From Polyangiales bacterium (GTDB lineage: Bacteria > Myxococcota_A > Polyangia > Polyangiales > Polyangiaceae): DNA of 64,000 nt. The stretch is taken from the NCBI GenBank assembly GCA_038231275.1, contig JBBRLQ010000009.1, positions 32,001 to 96,000 of the forward strand, written 5' to 3'. The translations under genes were made by a program, and so were the position numbers. Of this stretch, positions 31,895 to 43,673 are shown piece after piece; position 1 is the stretch's first letter, and each line of letters opens with the position of its first letter. The notes beneath the pieces are model-generated. The model was not told where the DNA came from. It did no database searches and saw nothing but the letters and a program-made list of their open reading frames with translations.

Positions 31895-33343
31895 TCAGAA
31901 CTTGTAGTTCAGCCCAACGCCGAGCACGTCGGCGCGCGCGGCGTAGGTGCCGCCGTTGATCGCGTCGACGGTCGTGGGGTTGCCACGCACCGGATTCACT
32001 CGGGGAACCGCCGCTTCGGACGGCGAGACGGTGGTGCCGCCCGTGAACACGTGGGCATACACGCCGTCCAGCCGCAGGTGCTCGCCGATGTGGAGGCCGC
32101 CGCCGATTCCGAGCGTCACCTTGTCCATGTCGATCGTCAGCGGCGACAGGTACGCGCTCGGGATCGCGCTCGTCTCGTAGTTGACGCCCATGCGCACGTC
32201 GATGACGTACGAGCCGACCGCAAGGGTGTACTCGCCGCCGAGGCGGACGGAGTTGCTGTCCTGGAAATGGCGGGGGAGCGAGATCGGCGCGACGCCGAAC
32301 GGGCTCGGGAACCCTTGGATGTTGAGGAGCGTGATGTTGTCCGGCGTGATCGTGATCGCGTCGTGCATCGACCAGAACTCACGCACGTACGTGAGCTCTA
32401 CGCGGAGGAGCGACTTGTTCGCGAACTCGTTGCGCCCCTCGATGCCCGCGCGGAGGATTGCCGGCAGCTTGAAGCGCACGTGCGCGTCCTGGCCGGCTTG
32501 GGTCGCCTTGTCGAAGACCACCGCGTTCGGCAGCTTCACCCTCACAGTGGCCGGCGCGTTGATCGTGAAGGGGAGCTGCCCGCTGATGCCGATGCGCACG
32601 TGCTTCTCCGGCACGAACGTGGCCCCCGCGTTGCCGCTCGGCGCGAAGATGGGGCCGACCTTGAGCTGCGCGAACGAGTCGTACGTCGGATCCTCGGGCG
32701 CGCACACGAGGTGATCGGTCGGACACGCGCTGAATACCTCGGTCGACGCGAACGTGCCGACGAGCGCTTGCAGCCCGATGCCAACGCGCACCTGCTCAAT
32801 AGGCTTGTACGCCATGTAGAGGCCCGGCACGACGAGCGCCGAGCCATCGAGCGACACGAGCGAGTACCGCGACGGTGCGGGCTGCCCGTTGAGCGTCTGC
32901 GGGTACGACGTGATCGCAGTATACGGCGCGAGGATGCCGAATGCCGCGGTCCACTCCTTCCTCTCGCCAAACGCGTACGAGACGCCGATCGTCGGGATCG
33001 GCAACACCGGCGACGTGCCGTTCACCGTCGGAAAGTCGTAGTTGCGGACCGTGCCGCTCCCGTCCGTCGCCTGCGAGCGGCGCGTGTACTCGCTCGTGAA
33101 GTGGAGCCAGGAGAAATCGCTCAGGATGCTCGTGCCCGCGTCGGCGAGGCCGGCCGGGTTGTACCACATGGCCCCGAGATCGTCGGCGCCGGCCACGAAC
33201 GCGCCGCCGCGTCCGAGCGGACGTACACCGCGGTCGGAGAAATAGAGCCCTGCGGCGTGCGCTTGCGAAGCCGACAAGAGGAGCAACGACAACAGCGGCG
33301 CGGCGAACAGGCGCTTCGAATGGCGCCTCGTCTTCGAGAGCAT
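31895..33343 (-). CDS. OmpP1/FadL family outer-membrane channel
   Basis: Signal peptide (AHA-AG), LGRGGAFVAGADDLGAMWYNPAGL hatch motif, alternating beta strands and C-terminal YKF. Confidence 0.88.
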   Translation of the reverse strand: MLSKTRRHSKRLFAAPLLSLLLLSASQAHAAGLYFSDRGVRPLGRGGAFVAGADDLGAMWYNPAGLADAGTSILSDFSWLHFTSEYTRRSQATDGSGTVRNYDFPTVNGTSPVLPIPTIGVSYAFGERKEWTAAFGILAPYTAITSYPQTLNGQPAPSRYSLVSLDGSALVVPGLYMAYKPIEQVRVGIGLQALVGTFASTEVFSACPTDHLVCAPEDPTYDSFAQLKVGPIFAPSGNAGATFVPEKHVRIGISGQLPFTINAPATVRVKLPNAVVFDKATQAGQDAHVRFKLPAILRAGIEGRNEFANKSLLRVELTYVREFWSMHDAITITPDNITLLNIQGFPSPFGVAPISLPRHFQDSNSVRLGGEYTLAVGSYVIDVRMGVNYETSAIPSAYLSPLTIDMDKVTLGIGGGLHIGEHLRLDGVYAHVFTGGTTVSPSEAAVPRVNPVRGNPTTVDAINGGTYAARADVLGVGLNYKF

Positions 33344-36300
33344 CAACGGACCGTGCCTTGCCTCATGATTTCGTAGAACTGCTCGAGACCCCGCTCCTTA
33401 TTGAGCAAGAAGTCGTTCACGTTGTCGGTGACGCTCGCGTAGTCGTCGGCGCCGAACTTCTCGGTCTTGTCGGGGAACAGGCGGTTCACGTCGCCGATGA
33501 CGTCGATGATGACCTGCAGCGGCGTCTGCCCGAGCGTCCCGTCAGCGGCCTTCATCGGCGTGACCAAGTTGGCGAGCGCGACGTTCAGGATCTGGTTCGG
33601 ATCCAGCTCCTTGTTGCACGCCTCCTGAGTGCCCGTGAAGGCGCGGCCGCTGATCCTGGCGAGGAGCGCGGTCTGCGCGTCGACCATGCTTTTCTGTCCA
33701 CCCTTACCGGTGGCGGTGGCGGATGCCATCACATGGAAGAGCGGCACGAGGTTCGCGTCGTCGCGGAGGAGCTGGATGATGTCGCTCGACGACGCGAGCA
33801 TGGAAGCCAGCGCGTCGTTGTTGCTCGCGCTGTCGAGCAGGTACGACAAGAGCGACTCGAGCTGCGTACGCGCGTCGTCGTTCTGACGGATCGCGTCCAG
33901 CAGATCCATGGTGGTCGCGAAGAGGGGTCCAGCGACGACGTCGCTCATCTTCTGGGTCATCTCGGTCTGCGCCCACGCGCATTTCGCGTACGGCGGCGTG
34001 AACGACGTCGGGCAGTGCGCGAAGAGCTGCGCGCGAAGGACGTCGACGAGGACCGGCGTGATCTTGGGGAACGACTTGTTCCGGAACGACGCGTTCGCAC
34101 CGTTGCCCTGCGCAGCGAGGAACTGATCGACGAGCTGCGATCGCGCCGACCGCCACTGCGTCAGGCGCGCGTTGTCATCGGGGTGCGATTTTGCGTAGTC
34201 GTCGAACGCCGTGTCGATGGCATGGAGCGCGTTGGTGAGCAGGTAGACCGGCGTGACCTGTGGGTTGGTCTTCCCGTCGTTGCGGAGCGCGGTCGTCTTG
34301 CCGTTGCGGTCCTTCACGCCGTTCTTCTGCGAGACCGCCGGATCGACGAGCGCGCGCGTCGCGTTCGCGATGATGGCGATGCCGTTCATGTCGACGGAGT
34401 CGGTGCACTGCTTGGTCGCGGCGTCGACCGCGTTGCAGTGCTTGATCGTCGTGGTCTGCATGACGTTCACGAGATCGTGGAGCGCCGGCAAGATGTCGGT
34501 CTTCATGGCCTCGGCGAGGAACGGCTCGTAGCTGACGGCCCCCTCCTTCGTACACGCGACGCCGCCGAGGTCGCACTCCGACGCGGTCATCTTGTCGTCG
34601 CCCCAGTGCTTGTGGAGCGCGTCGAGGAGCGCGAGGAAGAGGTCCTCCTGCTTGTGAGCGACGAAGGCCTTCAGCATGGGCGTCATCGCCTTGTAGAAGC
34701 CCATCATCTCCCACGGGAAGAGGGCGTCTTGATCGCGCTCGAAGAGCGACTGCCCCGGCGCGCAGTTGCGGAGGCCGTGCACCTTTCCGTCGGGCGACGC
34801 GTCGGCCGCGCCCGGATCGGGATCGTCGATCACGCGCTCGGGGCACGACAGCGTGCCGATCGTGTTCTTTCCCTGCAGATCGATCAAAAAGTCGTGGGTG
34901 GTCTGGTTGCCGCCGGGGTTGTCGAGATCGAAGAACACGAGGCGGTTGAGCCATTGCGGACGCGGGTGGAACGACTGCGCGCTCGTCGGATCCCAGAAGC
35001 CCGTCGTGTCGTTGGAGCCGAGGCCGATGCCGCTCGACTGCTCGATCGTGTCGACCTTCGCCGCGCCGATGCCGAAGACGCCGTTACGCAGGATCGAAGG
35101 CCGGAAGTAGAGGTTGGCCTTGCCGACGATGGCGTCGAGGTAGAAGTGGCCGAGGTTCTCGATCTTGAAGACCTCGCACTCCTTGTAGGAGCCGCCGCCG
35201 ACGGGCAAGTCGAGCGAGCCGGCGATGGGGACGCCCTTCGCGTGCACGACCGCCTTGTCCTTGTTGCAGGCCGTCACGCCGATCGCGTCGTGGATCGCGC
35301 GGCTGAAGCGCTGCATGTCGCTCTGGTTCCAGCCCGTGTCCGCCTTCGCGCGATCGACCGACGTCTTGGGGTCGCTCCCGTCGCCGGTGGTGAGATTCTT
35401 CGCCGGGCCGTTGAGCGCCGAAGGATCGTACGAGATGTGATCCTTGTTCTGCATGAAGGAGGAAAAAATCCCGCCGAGCGCGAGTGAGTCGTCCTGCCCG
35501 AGCGCGAGGAGCAAGTCTTCGAGGAGACCGGGCTCCTGCGCGATCTTCGCGACCACGTCGAGCACGTCGTCCCACAGCGTCGAATCGAGGGGGATTTTTG
35601 CCTCGGCGTGCTTGTTTCCGAGGTCCTTCACCGCGAGGCCGTTGCCGATGATGCGCGCGAGGGCCGGCGTCTGCTTCGTGAAGAGCGTGCTCGTGTACGA
35701 GAGGACGTCGTCGGTGTTCTTGTCCGCGAGGATCTGGCCGATGGCGTAGACCAAATCGAGCATCGGCGCCTTCTCGGGGTGGAAGGCGTCGTACTTCACC
35801 GACCCGCCGCCGTTGTAGCCCTTGGTCGTCGTCGGGCTCCCGTCGCGCGTGCCGAAGATGACCTTCGCGCCGGCGAGCGTGTACATCACGGTCTCGTGGT
35901 TCTGCGCGGGGTCGGGGTTCACGAGCGGCTTCATGTCGTTCATGAGGCTGGCCGCGAAGGTGTGGCTCGTGTCGATGTACTCGTAGAGCGGCGTGGTCCC
36001 CGTCAGGAGCGGGCGGCCGAAGGCGTCGCGGGTCGCCGTCACGGTCGACGTCACCGTCAAGAACGGGCTCGGCGCGCCGCCACCGCTCCCACCTGAGGTG
36101 ACGAAGCGGCCGAGATCGTCGACGTCGGCGAGGCCGTCCTTGTCGTTGTCGACGAAGGGCGCCGGCATCGCGCCGTTGGCGAGCGCGACCTGGGCGTAGC
36201 CGCGGCCGTCGCGCTTGACGATGTAGCGTGAGTCGCCGCCGCCGAACGCCGCGTCTTGCGCGTAGAAGAGCTGCTGCATCACCTCGAGGTTGTCGCGCGT

Positions 36301-37236
36301 GCGCGAGAGGACGTCGCGTCCGATCGCCGCATCCTTGCCGACCTGGAGCGGCGGGAGCGCGGTGTCGGCGCTCGCCGTGAGGAGCTCCTGCGTCATCACC
36401 TCGAGCGCCTTGTTGAACTGCGCGTTCGCGGCGCCCGGCACGGGGACGCGCATGCCGTGATCGAGCTTGGGGTTCGCGGCGTAGGGCTGGCTGTCGGCGG
36501 ACAGAAGGCTGAGCGTGGCGTTCGCCATGTCGCGTAGGCCTGGGTACGCGATGACGGGGCGCATGGCACCGAGCGCGACCTCGACGGGGCGGTACCCCTG
36601 ACGCGCATCGAAGTGGGCCATCGCCTGCTGCGACTCCTTCGACGCCTTGAACGCCTGCATCAACTTCGCGAGCGACTCGGTCGACTGCGGGATCGTGCCG
36701 TCGTTGTAGAGATCCTGGAAGCGGCCGAGCATGTCGCTCAGCTCGTCGTGGTAGCGCGCTTGCGCGGCGAGGGGGGTGCAGCTCTTCGTGGCGTCGCCGT
36801 TCTTCACGTCTTTGACGGCGACCTTGATGTCGGGGAACGTCGCGTCGAGCGCGGCGATGAGATCGACGCGACGTCGGGCGAGCGCCTCCACGCGTGCGAT
36901 GGCGTACCCGCGCGTCGCGGTCTGCTTGTCCATCGTGACGGCGTTGCCGCTCGTGTCGACGGCGTCCGCGCTGAGCGCGGGGAGGAGCGTCTGATCGACC
37001 TTGCCCCCCCACTTGCCGTCGAAGTCTTTGTGGCACACGCCGCGGAACGACGCGCCGGTCAGATCTTCGTGAAGCGCCTGCCCGCCGACGCGGTCGCAGA
37101 GGACGCCGTACATCTCTTCGCCGAGCGTCCCGCGCGCCGGCGGAACACGAGACGTGTCGAAGTCGTTCGCGCACGCGGCGAGCGCCAGCGTGCCGAGAGC
37201 CCCCAATCCCGTCAGAACTCGCCCCGAACGTCGCAT
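33343..37236 (-). CDS. Large (1297 aa) lipoprotein of unknown function
   Basis: Lipobox LAAC, codon usage consistent with the genome, and a DNDKDGLAD Ca-binding-like motif. The stop overlaps the FadL start (TGATG). Confidence 0.8.
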   Translation of the reverse strand: MRRSGRVLTGLGALGTLALAACANDFDTSRVPPARGTLGEEMYGVLCDRVGGQALHEDLTGASFRGVCHKDFDGKWGGKVDQTLLPALSADAVDTSGNAVTMDKQTATRGYAIARVEALARRRVDLIAALDATFPDIKVAVKDVKNGDATKSCTPLAAQARYHDELSDMLGRFQDLYNDGTIPQSTESLAKLMQAFKASKESQQAMAHFDARQGYRPVEVALGAMRPVIAYPGLRDMANATLSLLSADSQPYAANPKLDHGMRVPVPGAANAQFNKALEVMTQELLTASADTALPPLQVGKDAAIGRDVLSRTRDNLEVMQQLFYAQDAAFGGGDSRYIVKRDGRGYAQVALANGAMPAPFVDNDKDGLADVDDLGRFVTSGGSGGGAPSPFLTVTSTVTATRDAFGRPLLTGTTPLYEYIDTSHTFAASLMNDMKPLVNPDPAQNHETVMYTLAGAKVIFGTRDGSPTTTKGYNGGGSVKYDAFHPEKAPMLDLVYAIGQILADKNTDDVLSYTSTLFTKQTPALARIIGNGLAVKDLGNKHAEAKIPLDSTLWDDVLDVVAKIAQEPGLLEDLLLALGQDDSLALGGIFSSFMQNKDHISYDPSALNGPAKNLTTGDGSDPKTSVDRAKADTGWNQSDMQRFSRAIHDAIGVTACNKDKAVVHAKGVPIAGSLDLPVGGGSYKECEVFKIENLGHFYLDAIVGKANLYFRPSILRNGVFGIGAAKVDTIEQSSGIGLGSNDTTGFWDPTSAQSFHPRPQWLNRLVFFDLDNPGGNQTTHDFLIDLQGKNTIGTLSCPERVIDDPDPGAADASPDGKVHGLRNCAPGQSLFERDQDALFPWEMMGFYKAMTPMLKAFVAHKQEDLFLALLDALHKHWGDDKMTASECDLGGVACTKEGAVSYEPFLAEAMKTDILPALHDLVNVMQTTTIKHCNAVDAATKQCTDSVDMNGIAIIANATRALVDPAVSQKNGVKDRNGKTTALRNDGKTNPQVTPVYLLTNALHAIDTAFDDYAKSHPDDNARLTQWRSARSQLVDQFLAAQGNGANASFRNKSFPKITPVLVDVLRAQLFAHCPTSFTPPYAKCAWAQTEMTQKMSDVVAGPLFATTMDLLDAIRQNDDARTQLESLLSYLLDSASNNDALASMLASSSDIIQLLRDDANLVPLFHVMASATATGKGGQKSMVDAQTALLARISGRAFTGTQEACNKELDPNQILNVALANLVTPMKAADGTLGQTPLQVIIDVIGDVNRLFPDKTEKFGADDYASVTDNVNDFLLNKERGLEQFYEIMRQGTVR

Positions 37237-37445
37237 AAGCCGACCTCCACCTACATCGGAACTATCTAGCAGGAGATGCGCCAGAGCGCCGCCCTAACTC
37301 AACGCGGGCCTCCGCTCGGCGGATCGGGGTTTTCCAGCCCGAAGCGCCGCGGAATCGGACTAGCCTCTTTGCTTCTCCGGATCCACGTAGATCCACCAAG
37401 CGGCGCCCTGGGTGGCGCGAAAAGCCGAAAGAAGAGGATAGCTCC

Positions 37446-38888
37446 ATGGCGACGATCCCGGCATCCCTGGCCACCACGACCGCCCTGATCCTTGCGGCCG
37501 GCCAGGGCACGCGCATGAGGAGCGCCACGCCGAAGGTGCTCCACCCGATGTGCGGGCGGCCGCTCCTGCACTACCCCGTGCGGGCGGCGCTCGAGGCGGG
37601 GTGCGGCGAGGTCGTCGTGGTGGTCGGGCATGGGCGTGAGCTGGTGGCCGGTTACCTCGCGAAAGCGTTCGGCGATCTCGGCGGTCGCGTGAAGACGGCG
37701 GTGCAGGAGCAGCAGCGGGGGACGGGCGACGCTGCGCGCGCAGGGCTCTCGGCGGTGTCGGCGATGGCGACGCGCGTCCTCATCTTCTACGGCGACGTCC
37801 CGCTGCTCGAGGCGAACGACGTCGCGGCGGTGGCGCGCGCGCTCGACGACGAGACGGCGGCGGCGGTGTCGATGGCGACGTGCGTGGTGCAGAACCCGTT
37901 CGGCTACGGCCGCGTGCTGCGCGACGGCGCCGGCAACATCACCGAGATCCGCGAACAGAAGGATCTCAAGACCGACGCCGAGCGCGCCGTCGCCGAGATG
38001 AACCCCGGCATCTACGCCGCGAGCGTCGCCTTCTTGCGCGATACGCTCGAGAAGCTCACGCCCAACAACGCGCAGGGCGAGTACTACCTGACCGACATCG
38101 TCAGCGCCGCGGTGAAGCAGGGGAAGAAGGTCGTCGGCGTCGCGTCGCGCGCGAACGTCATGGAGGGAGTCAACGATCGCCACCAGCTCGCGACGCTCGA
38201 GGACGAGATGAGCGCGCGCATCGTGGAGCGGCATCGCAAGAGCGGCGTCACGGTTCGCACCGGCGCGCGGATCGAGGACGGCGTCGAGATCGGCACCGAG
38301 ACGACGATCGAGAACGGCGTCGTCCTCCGCGGACGCACCCGAATCGGCAAGGGCGCGACGATCGACGTCGGCTGCGTGCTCACGAACATGTCGGTCGGCG
38401 ACGGCGTGAACCTAAAGCCCTACTCGATCGGCCAGGACTCGACGATCGAGCAAAAGGCGCAAATCGGGCCGTTTTCGCACCTCCGCCCGGAGAGCCACAT
38501 CGGCGAGGACGCGCACGTCGGCAACTTCGTCGAGACCAAGAAGACGCGCATGGACAAGGGCGCGAAGGCCAACCACCTCGCGTACCTCGGCGACGGAATC
38601 ATCGGCGCGGGCGCCAACGTCGGCGCGGGCACCATCTTCTGCAACTACGACGGCTTCCTCAAGCACACGACGACCATCGGCGCGGGCGCCTTCATCGGCA
38701 GCGACTCGCAGCTCGTCGCGCCGGTCACGATCGGCGAGGGCGCGTACGTCGCGACGGGCACCACGGTGACGCGCGACGTTCCGCCCAACGCGCTCGCCAT
38801 CGCGCGCGTGAAGCAAGAGAACAAGGACGACTACGCGACCAAGCTGAAGGCGCGCCTCAAGGCCGCGAAGGACGCCGCGAAGAAATAA
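37446..38888 (+). CDS. glmU: Bifunctional UDP-GlcNAc pyrophosphorylase / glucosamine-1-phosphate acetyltransferase
   Basis: LAAGQGTRMRS..PKVLH, EQQRGTG, NNAQGEYYLTD, GNFVETKK, NHLAYLGD, CNYDG and hexapeptide repeats. Confidence 0.97.
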   Translation: MATIPASLATTTALILAAGQGTRMRSATPKVLHPMCGRPLLHYPVRAALEAGCGEVVVVVGHGRELVAGYLAKAFGDLGGRVKTAVQEQQRGTGDAARAGLSAVSAMATRVLIFYGDVPLLEANDVAAVARALDDETAAAVSMATCVVQNPFGYGRVLRDGAGNITEIREQKDLKTDAERAVAEMNPGIYAASVAFLRDTLEKLTPNNAQGEYYLTDIVSAAVKQGKKVVGVASRANVMEGVNDRHQLATLEDEMSARIVERHRKSGVTVRTGARIEDGVEIGTETTIENGVVLRGRTRIGKGATIDVGCVLTNMSVGDGVNLKPYSIGQDSTIEQKAQIGPFSHLRPESHIGEDAHVGNFVETKKTRMDKGAKANHLAYLGDGIIGAGANVGAGTIFCNYDGFLKHTTTIGAGAFIGSDSQLVAPVTIGEGAYVATGTTVTRDVPPNALAIARVKQENKDDYATKLKARLKAAKDAAKK

Positions 38889-38891
38889 CCG

Positions 38892-40058
38892 TCAGCGCTG
38901 CGTGAAGAGGAAGAGGCCGTTCTTGTTCGATACGGCGATGTCCGGCTTGCCGTCGCCGTCGACGTCGGTGACGGCGATCTGGCGACCCACTCCGCTCGCG
39001 TCGTCGACGTCGCGGCGCTCGAAGGCGCCGCCGCCGAGCAGCCGGTAGAAGACGAGCTTCGCGGGGTCCTCGGCGCCCGGATCGTCGGTGTGCGCGTATT
39101 TGGTCTTGCCGCCGACGAGCTCGGGGACGCCGTCGCGATCGAGATCCGCGAGCTCCATGGCGTGCATCTGCGAGATCGAGTCGTCCGCCACGCGCTCGGC
39201 GAAGGAGCCGTCGGGGAGCTGCTTCCACCAGCGCAGCCCATACGTGTGCGGGTGCGGGCAAATGACGTCGGACTTGCCGTCGCCGTCGAGATCGCGCGCG
39301 AACATCGAGCTGCACTCGGTCGCGCCGCCGAAAGAGAATGCGTGCAGAATCCATGCATCGCGATTCGCCGTTGGCTGGAACCACCCGGCGCTCGTGAGCA
39401 CGTCGAGGCGCCCGTCGCCGTCGACGTCTCCCGCGCCGAGTCCGTGCGAGAACGAGCCGGCCGCGGTGAATCGCGGCGCGCTGATGGGGTGTGCGACCCA
39501 CGGCGCGGCCAGATCGGCGGCCGGCGCGAACCACGCGAGGACCAGGTCCGGTGAGACGCCCATCACGAGAACGCGATGCCCGTCGCCGAAGAGATCGACG
39601 TAGATCGGCGTCTCCATCCCCGCCGCGAGCGCCGGCGCGACGACGTGCGCGGTCCAGTGCCCTTCGCCCCCGCGAGGGTTCGCGTACCAGACCATCGCGT
39701 CGGTGGGGTAGGGGACGACGAGGAGATCGGTGAAGCCGTCGCCGTCGAGATCGTCTCCGTACGCGCCGTTGCAGAGGCTGTACCGGGCGGCCGGATCGTA
39801 GGCTTCGGGTGCCCGGACATCGACCGGCGCGAAGGAGGGGGCACGGTACCAGCGCTGATCGGTCACGAGATCGAGGTGGCCGTCGCGGTCCACGTCGAAC
39901 ACCGCGACCCCCTCCGCGCGGAACGCCGTGTCGAGCGTCTGCTTTCGAAACGCAGGCGATGGCGCCGTCGTTCCTGTGGATCGCCCGCACGCGCCGGCGG
40001 CGATTCCCGCGGCCCCGATGGCACACGCGACGGCAATGCAGCGGCGAAAGGAACCCAT
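38892..40058 (-). CDS. FG-GAP/VCBS repeat lipoprotein
   Basis: Seven DxDxDGxxD-type repeats (DVDRDGHLD, DLDGDGFTD, DVDGDGRLD and others). Signal/lipobox AAGAC. Confidence 0.85.
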   Translation of the reverse strand: MGSFRRCIAVACAIGAAGIAAGACGRSTGTTAPSPAFRKQTLDTAFRAEGVAVFDVDRDGHLDLVTDQRWYRAPSFAPVDVRAPEAYDPAARYSLCNGAYGDDLDGDGFTDLLVVPYPTDAMVWYANPRGGEGHWTAHVVAPALAAGMETPIYVDLFGDGHRVLVMGVSPDLVLAWFAPAADLAAPWVAHPISAPRFTAAGSFSHGLGAGDVDGDGRLDVLTSAGWFQPTANRDAWILHAFSFGGATECSSMFARDLDGDGKSDVICPHPHTYGLRWWKQLPDGSFAERVADDSISQMHAMELADLDRDGVPELVGGKTKYAHTDDPGAEDPAKLVFYRLLGGGAFERRDVDDASGVGRQIAVTDVDGDGKPDIAVSNKNGLFLFTQR

Positions 40059-40094
40059 CCGAATGAGGAGCCTACTTCCGCCTATACTCCCAGT

Positions 40095-41156
40095 GTGCAG
40101 CGATCGCGCCGTGCCCTCCTCGCCGCCGGCGCGCTCGCCACACTGGGAGGAGCGTGCGCTTCCGTGCTCGGCGTCGACGATTTGTCGTATGCCGCCGACG
40201 CCGGCACGCCGCCGATCCCCGACAGCACGATCGACGCGCCCATCCTCTCGGACGCCGCCAGCGACGCCGATGTCCTCGTCGACGCCGGGCCGTTGCCGCC
40301 CGATGGCCCCTCGACGTACATCGTCCAGCACCTCACCGCGCCGCCGACGCAGCTCGCGACCGACGGCTTCTGGCTCTTTTGGGCGAGCGGCCCGCAGATC
40401 TCGCGATCCAAAGGTGCCCCCGACGCCTCCACCACCTTCGTGGACGCGTCGGGCGCGGTCCTGGACTTGGTCGCCACGGGCACCTACGTCGCGTGGTCCA
40501 CCGGCTCGGCGCTCGAGGCATCGCCGACCGCCGGCGGCTCGGTGGTCGGCGAGGTCAGCGGCCGGCGCATCTTCACCGCGGTCGGAGATCTCGCGTATTT
40601 CGTGGCGGGCTCGGGCGGCGGGACGCAGATCAACGACTGCTCGATGGCCGCGCCGTGCGGCGATGCAGGCGCGCTCTTCGCCGCACCCTATCTAGGCATG
40701 CATGACCTGGTCGCCGACAAGGCGGCCGTCTTCTTTCTCGGGGCCTACGACGCAGGGGGTCAAGCCGTCTTTTCATGCCCACTCTCGGCGGGCTGTCCCG
40801 CCGGATCGGCCTCGTTCAGGCCGGGCCTCGGATCGCCGACCGCGCTCTCGTTCGACGTAGCTTCGCTCTTCTGGGTCGATGTGGGCAGTATCAAGACGCT
40901 GCCGCGCTCGCTCGCCGGCATGCCCTCGATCATTGCCAGCGGCGAGCGCAGCCCCCAAGCCGTCGTGAGCGACGGCACGTACGTGTACTGGACCTCGGCC
41001 GACGGCATTCGCACGAGTGAGATGGACGGCGGCTCGGTCCGAACGCTCGTGCCCGCGGAAGGTGGCACCCCGACCGAGCTCGTCGTCTTCGGTCCATGGC
41101 TCGTATGGCTCGATCCGGCGAATGAGAACGTCGTCGCTGCCGCGCGGCCAAAGTGA
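40095..41156 (+). CDS. Putative beta-propeller lipoprotein
   Basis: GTG start, LGGAC lipobox, DAG linker, and repeats of [10 protein letters not shown] / [11 protein letters not shown] type. Confidence 0.65.
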   Translation: MQRSRRALLAAGALATLGGACASVLGVDDLSYAADAGTPPIPDSTIDAPILSDAASDADVLVDAGPLPPDGPSTYIVQHLTAPPTQLATDGFWLFWASGPQISRSKGAPDASTTFVDASGAVLDLVATGTYVAWSTGSALEASPTAGGSVVGEVSGRRIFTAVGDLAYFVAGSGGGTQINDCSMAAPCGDAGALFAAPYLGMHDLVADKAAVFFLGAYDAGGQAVFSCPLSAGCPAGSASFRPGLGSPTALSFDVASLFWVDVGSIKTLPRSLAGMPSIIASGERSPQAVVSDGTYVYWTSADGIRTSEMDGGSVRTLVPAEGGTPTELVVFGPWLVWLDPANENVVAAARPK

Positions 41157-41229
41157 CGCGCCCCGCGCCTCCGCGCACTTTGCGGGCACATTACTTGGCA
41201 TCGGCGCGTTCTTTTGGCAGTACTCGATC

Positions 41230-42510
41230 ATGGACGCGATAAGGGTCAAGGGCGGGGTCCCCCTCAAGGGGACGGTGCGCATCAGCGGTGCCAAGAACGC
41301 GGCGCTCCCCATCCTCTGCGCCACACTCCTGTCGGACGGCGCGAGCAAGCTCCGCAACGTTCCCAAGCTGCGCGACATCGACACGACGGCCGCGCTCCTG
41401 CGCTTCCTCGGCCGCGACGTCACCGTCGACGCGCCCGAGGTCCACGTCGCCGCCGGCTCCACCGTCCGCCCCGAGGCGCCGTACGAGCTCGTGAAGCAAA
41501 TGCGCGCGAGCGTCCTCGTCCTCGGCCCGCTCGTCGCGCGCTTCGGCCGCGCGAAGGTGTCGCTCCCCGGCGGCTGCCAAATTGGCGCGCGCCCGATCGA
41601 TCAGCACCTCAAGGGCCTCGAGGCGATGGGCTGCAGCATCCACCTCGAACGCGGATACGTCATCGCCGAAGGTCCGAACGGCGGCGGGCGCCTCAAGGGG
41701 GCCGAGGTCGTCTTCGATCTCCCGACCGTCACGGGCACCGAGAACCTGATGATGGCCGCCGCGCTCGCGAAGGGGCGAACCACCCTCGTCAACTGCGCGC
41801 GCGAGCCGGAGGTCGAAGAGCTGGGTCGCATCTTGAACAAGATGGGCGCCGAGGTCGACGGCGCCGGCACCGACGTGATGCACATCCGCGGCTCCGACCG
41901 CGGCGAGCTCGCGCCGTTCGATCACGCGATCATCCCTGACCGCATCGAAGCCGGCACGTATATGGTCGCCGCCGCCGCGACGATGGGAGACGTCACCCTC
42001 GAAGGCGCCGAGCTGCGCGACCTCGAGGCGCTCGTCGTGAAAATGCGCCAGGCCGGCGTCGAGATCGCGAGCGAGGGCCAAAACGTTCGGGTGCGCCGCA
42101 CCGGCCCGATCCGCCCCGTCAACGTCACCACCGCGCCGCACCCCGGATTTCCCACCGACATGCAGGCGCAGTTCCTCGTGCTCATGAGCCTCGCGCAGGG
42201 CGAGAGCGTGATCAGCGAGACGATCTTCGAGAACCGATTCATGCACGTTCCCGAGCTCCAGCGCATGGGCGCCAGCGTCGCGCTTCGCGGGAACACCGCG
42301 GTAGTGCAAGGCGTCAGCAAGCTGTACGGCGCCAGCGTCATGGCGACCGACCTTCGCGCCAGCGCGTCCCTCGTCATCGCCGGCCTCGTGACCGAGGAAG
42401 AGACCGAGGTGCGCCGCGTGTACCACCTCGACCGCGGCTACGAGCGTATCGAGGAGAAGCTCGGGCGCCTGGGCGCCACCGTGCAGCGCGTGAAGAACGC
42501 CGAGGCCTGA
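41230..42510 (+). CDS. murA: UDP-N-acetylglucosamine 1-carboxyvinyltransferase
   Basis: [57 protein letters not shown] and HLDRGY. Confidence 0.97.
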   Translation: MDAIRVKGGVPLKGTVRISGAKNAALPILCATLLSDGASKLRNVPKLRDIDTTAALLRFLGRDVTVDAPEVHVAAGSTVRPEAPYELVKQMRASVLVLGPLVARFGRAKVSLPGGCQIGARPIDQHLKGLEAMGCSIHLERGYVIAEGPNGGGRLKGAEVVFDLPTVTGTENLMMAAALAKGRTTLVNCAREPEVEELGRILNKMGAEVDGAGTDVMHIRGSDRGELAPFDHAIIPDRIEAGTYMVAAAATMGDVTLEGAELRDLEALVVKMRQAGVEIASEGQNVRVRRTGPIRPVNVTTAPHPGFPTDMQAQFLVLMSLAQGESVISETIFENRFMHVPELQRMGASVALRGNTAVVQGVSKLYGASVMATDLRASASLVIAGLVTEEETEVRRVYHLDRGYERIEEKLGRLGATVQRVKNAEA

Positions 42511-43118
42511 CCGATGGCCGCCTTGACGATCGCGGTCCCCAAGGGGCGCATCCTGAAGCCCCTCGCCGCGCTCCTCTCGCGCGCGGGGATCGCCGCGGAT
42601 GCACTCCTCGCGGACGATCGCGCGCTCATTCGCGTCGTGGGGGACGAGCTTCGCTTTTTGCTCCTCAAGCCCGACGACGTGCCCACCTACGTCGAGTATG
42701 GCGCTGCGGATCTCGGCGTGTGCGGGCGCGACGTGCTCGACGAGCGCGAGGCGCAGCTGTACCGCCCGATCGATCTCGGCATCGGCGTGTGCCGCATGGT
42801 CGTCGCCGGCCCCGTCGGAAAGGACGAGCCGCGCGACCTCCCGCGCGTCGCGACGAAGTACCCGCGCACCGCCGCCGCGCACTTCGCGCGGAAGGGGGTG
42901 CAGGCGGAGATCGTGTACGTCGGCGGCTCCGTCGAGCTCGCGCCAATCACCGGCCTATCGGATCTCATCGTCGATTTGGTGGAGACCGGCTCGACGCTCG
43001 TAAAGAACGGCCTCGCCGAGCGCGAAATCGTCTCGCGGGTGTCGAGCGTCCTGGTGGCGAACCGCGCGTCGTACAAGTTGCGGCAGACCGAGATCGGCCC
43101 GCTCGTCGAACGCCTCCG

Positions 43119-43669
<551 letters not shown>

Positions 43670-43673
<4 letters not shown>

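Noticed and set aside
37237-37445. Possible riboswitch or sRNA upstream of glmU
   Set aside because: I could not recognise a conserved motif or convincing structure by eye. It is treated as a divergent promoter region.
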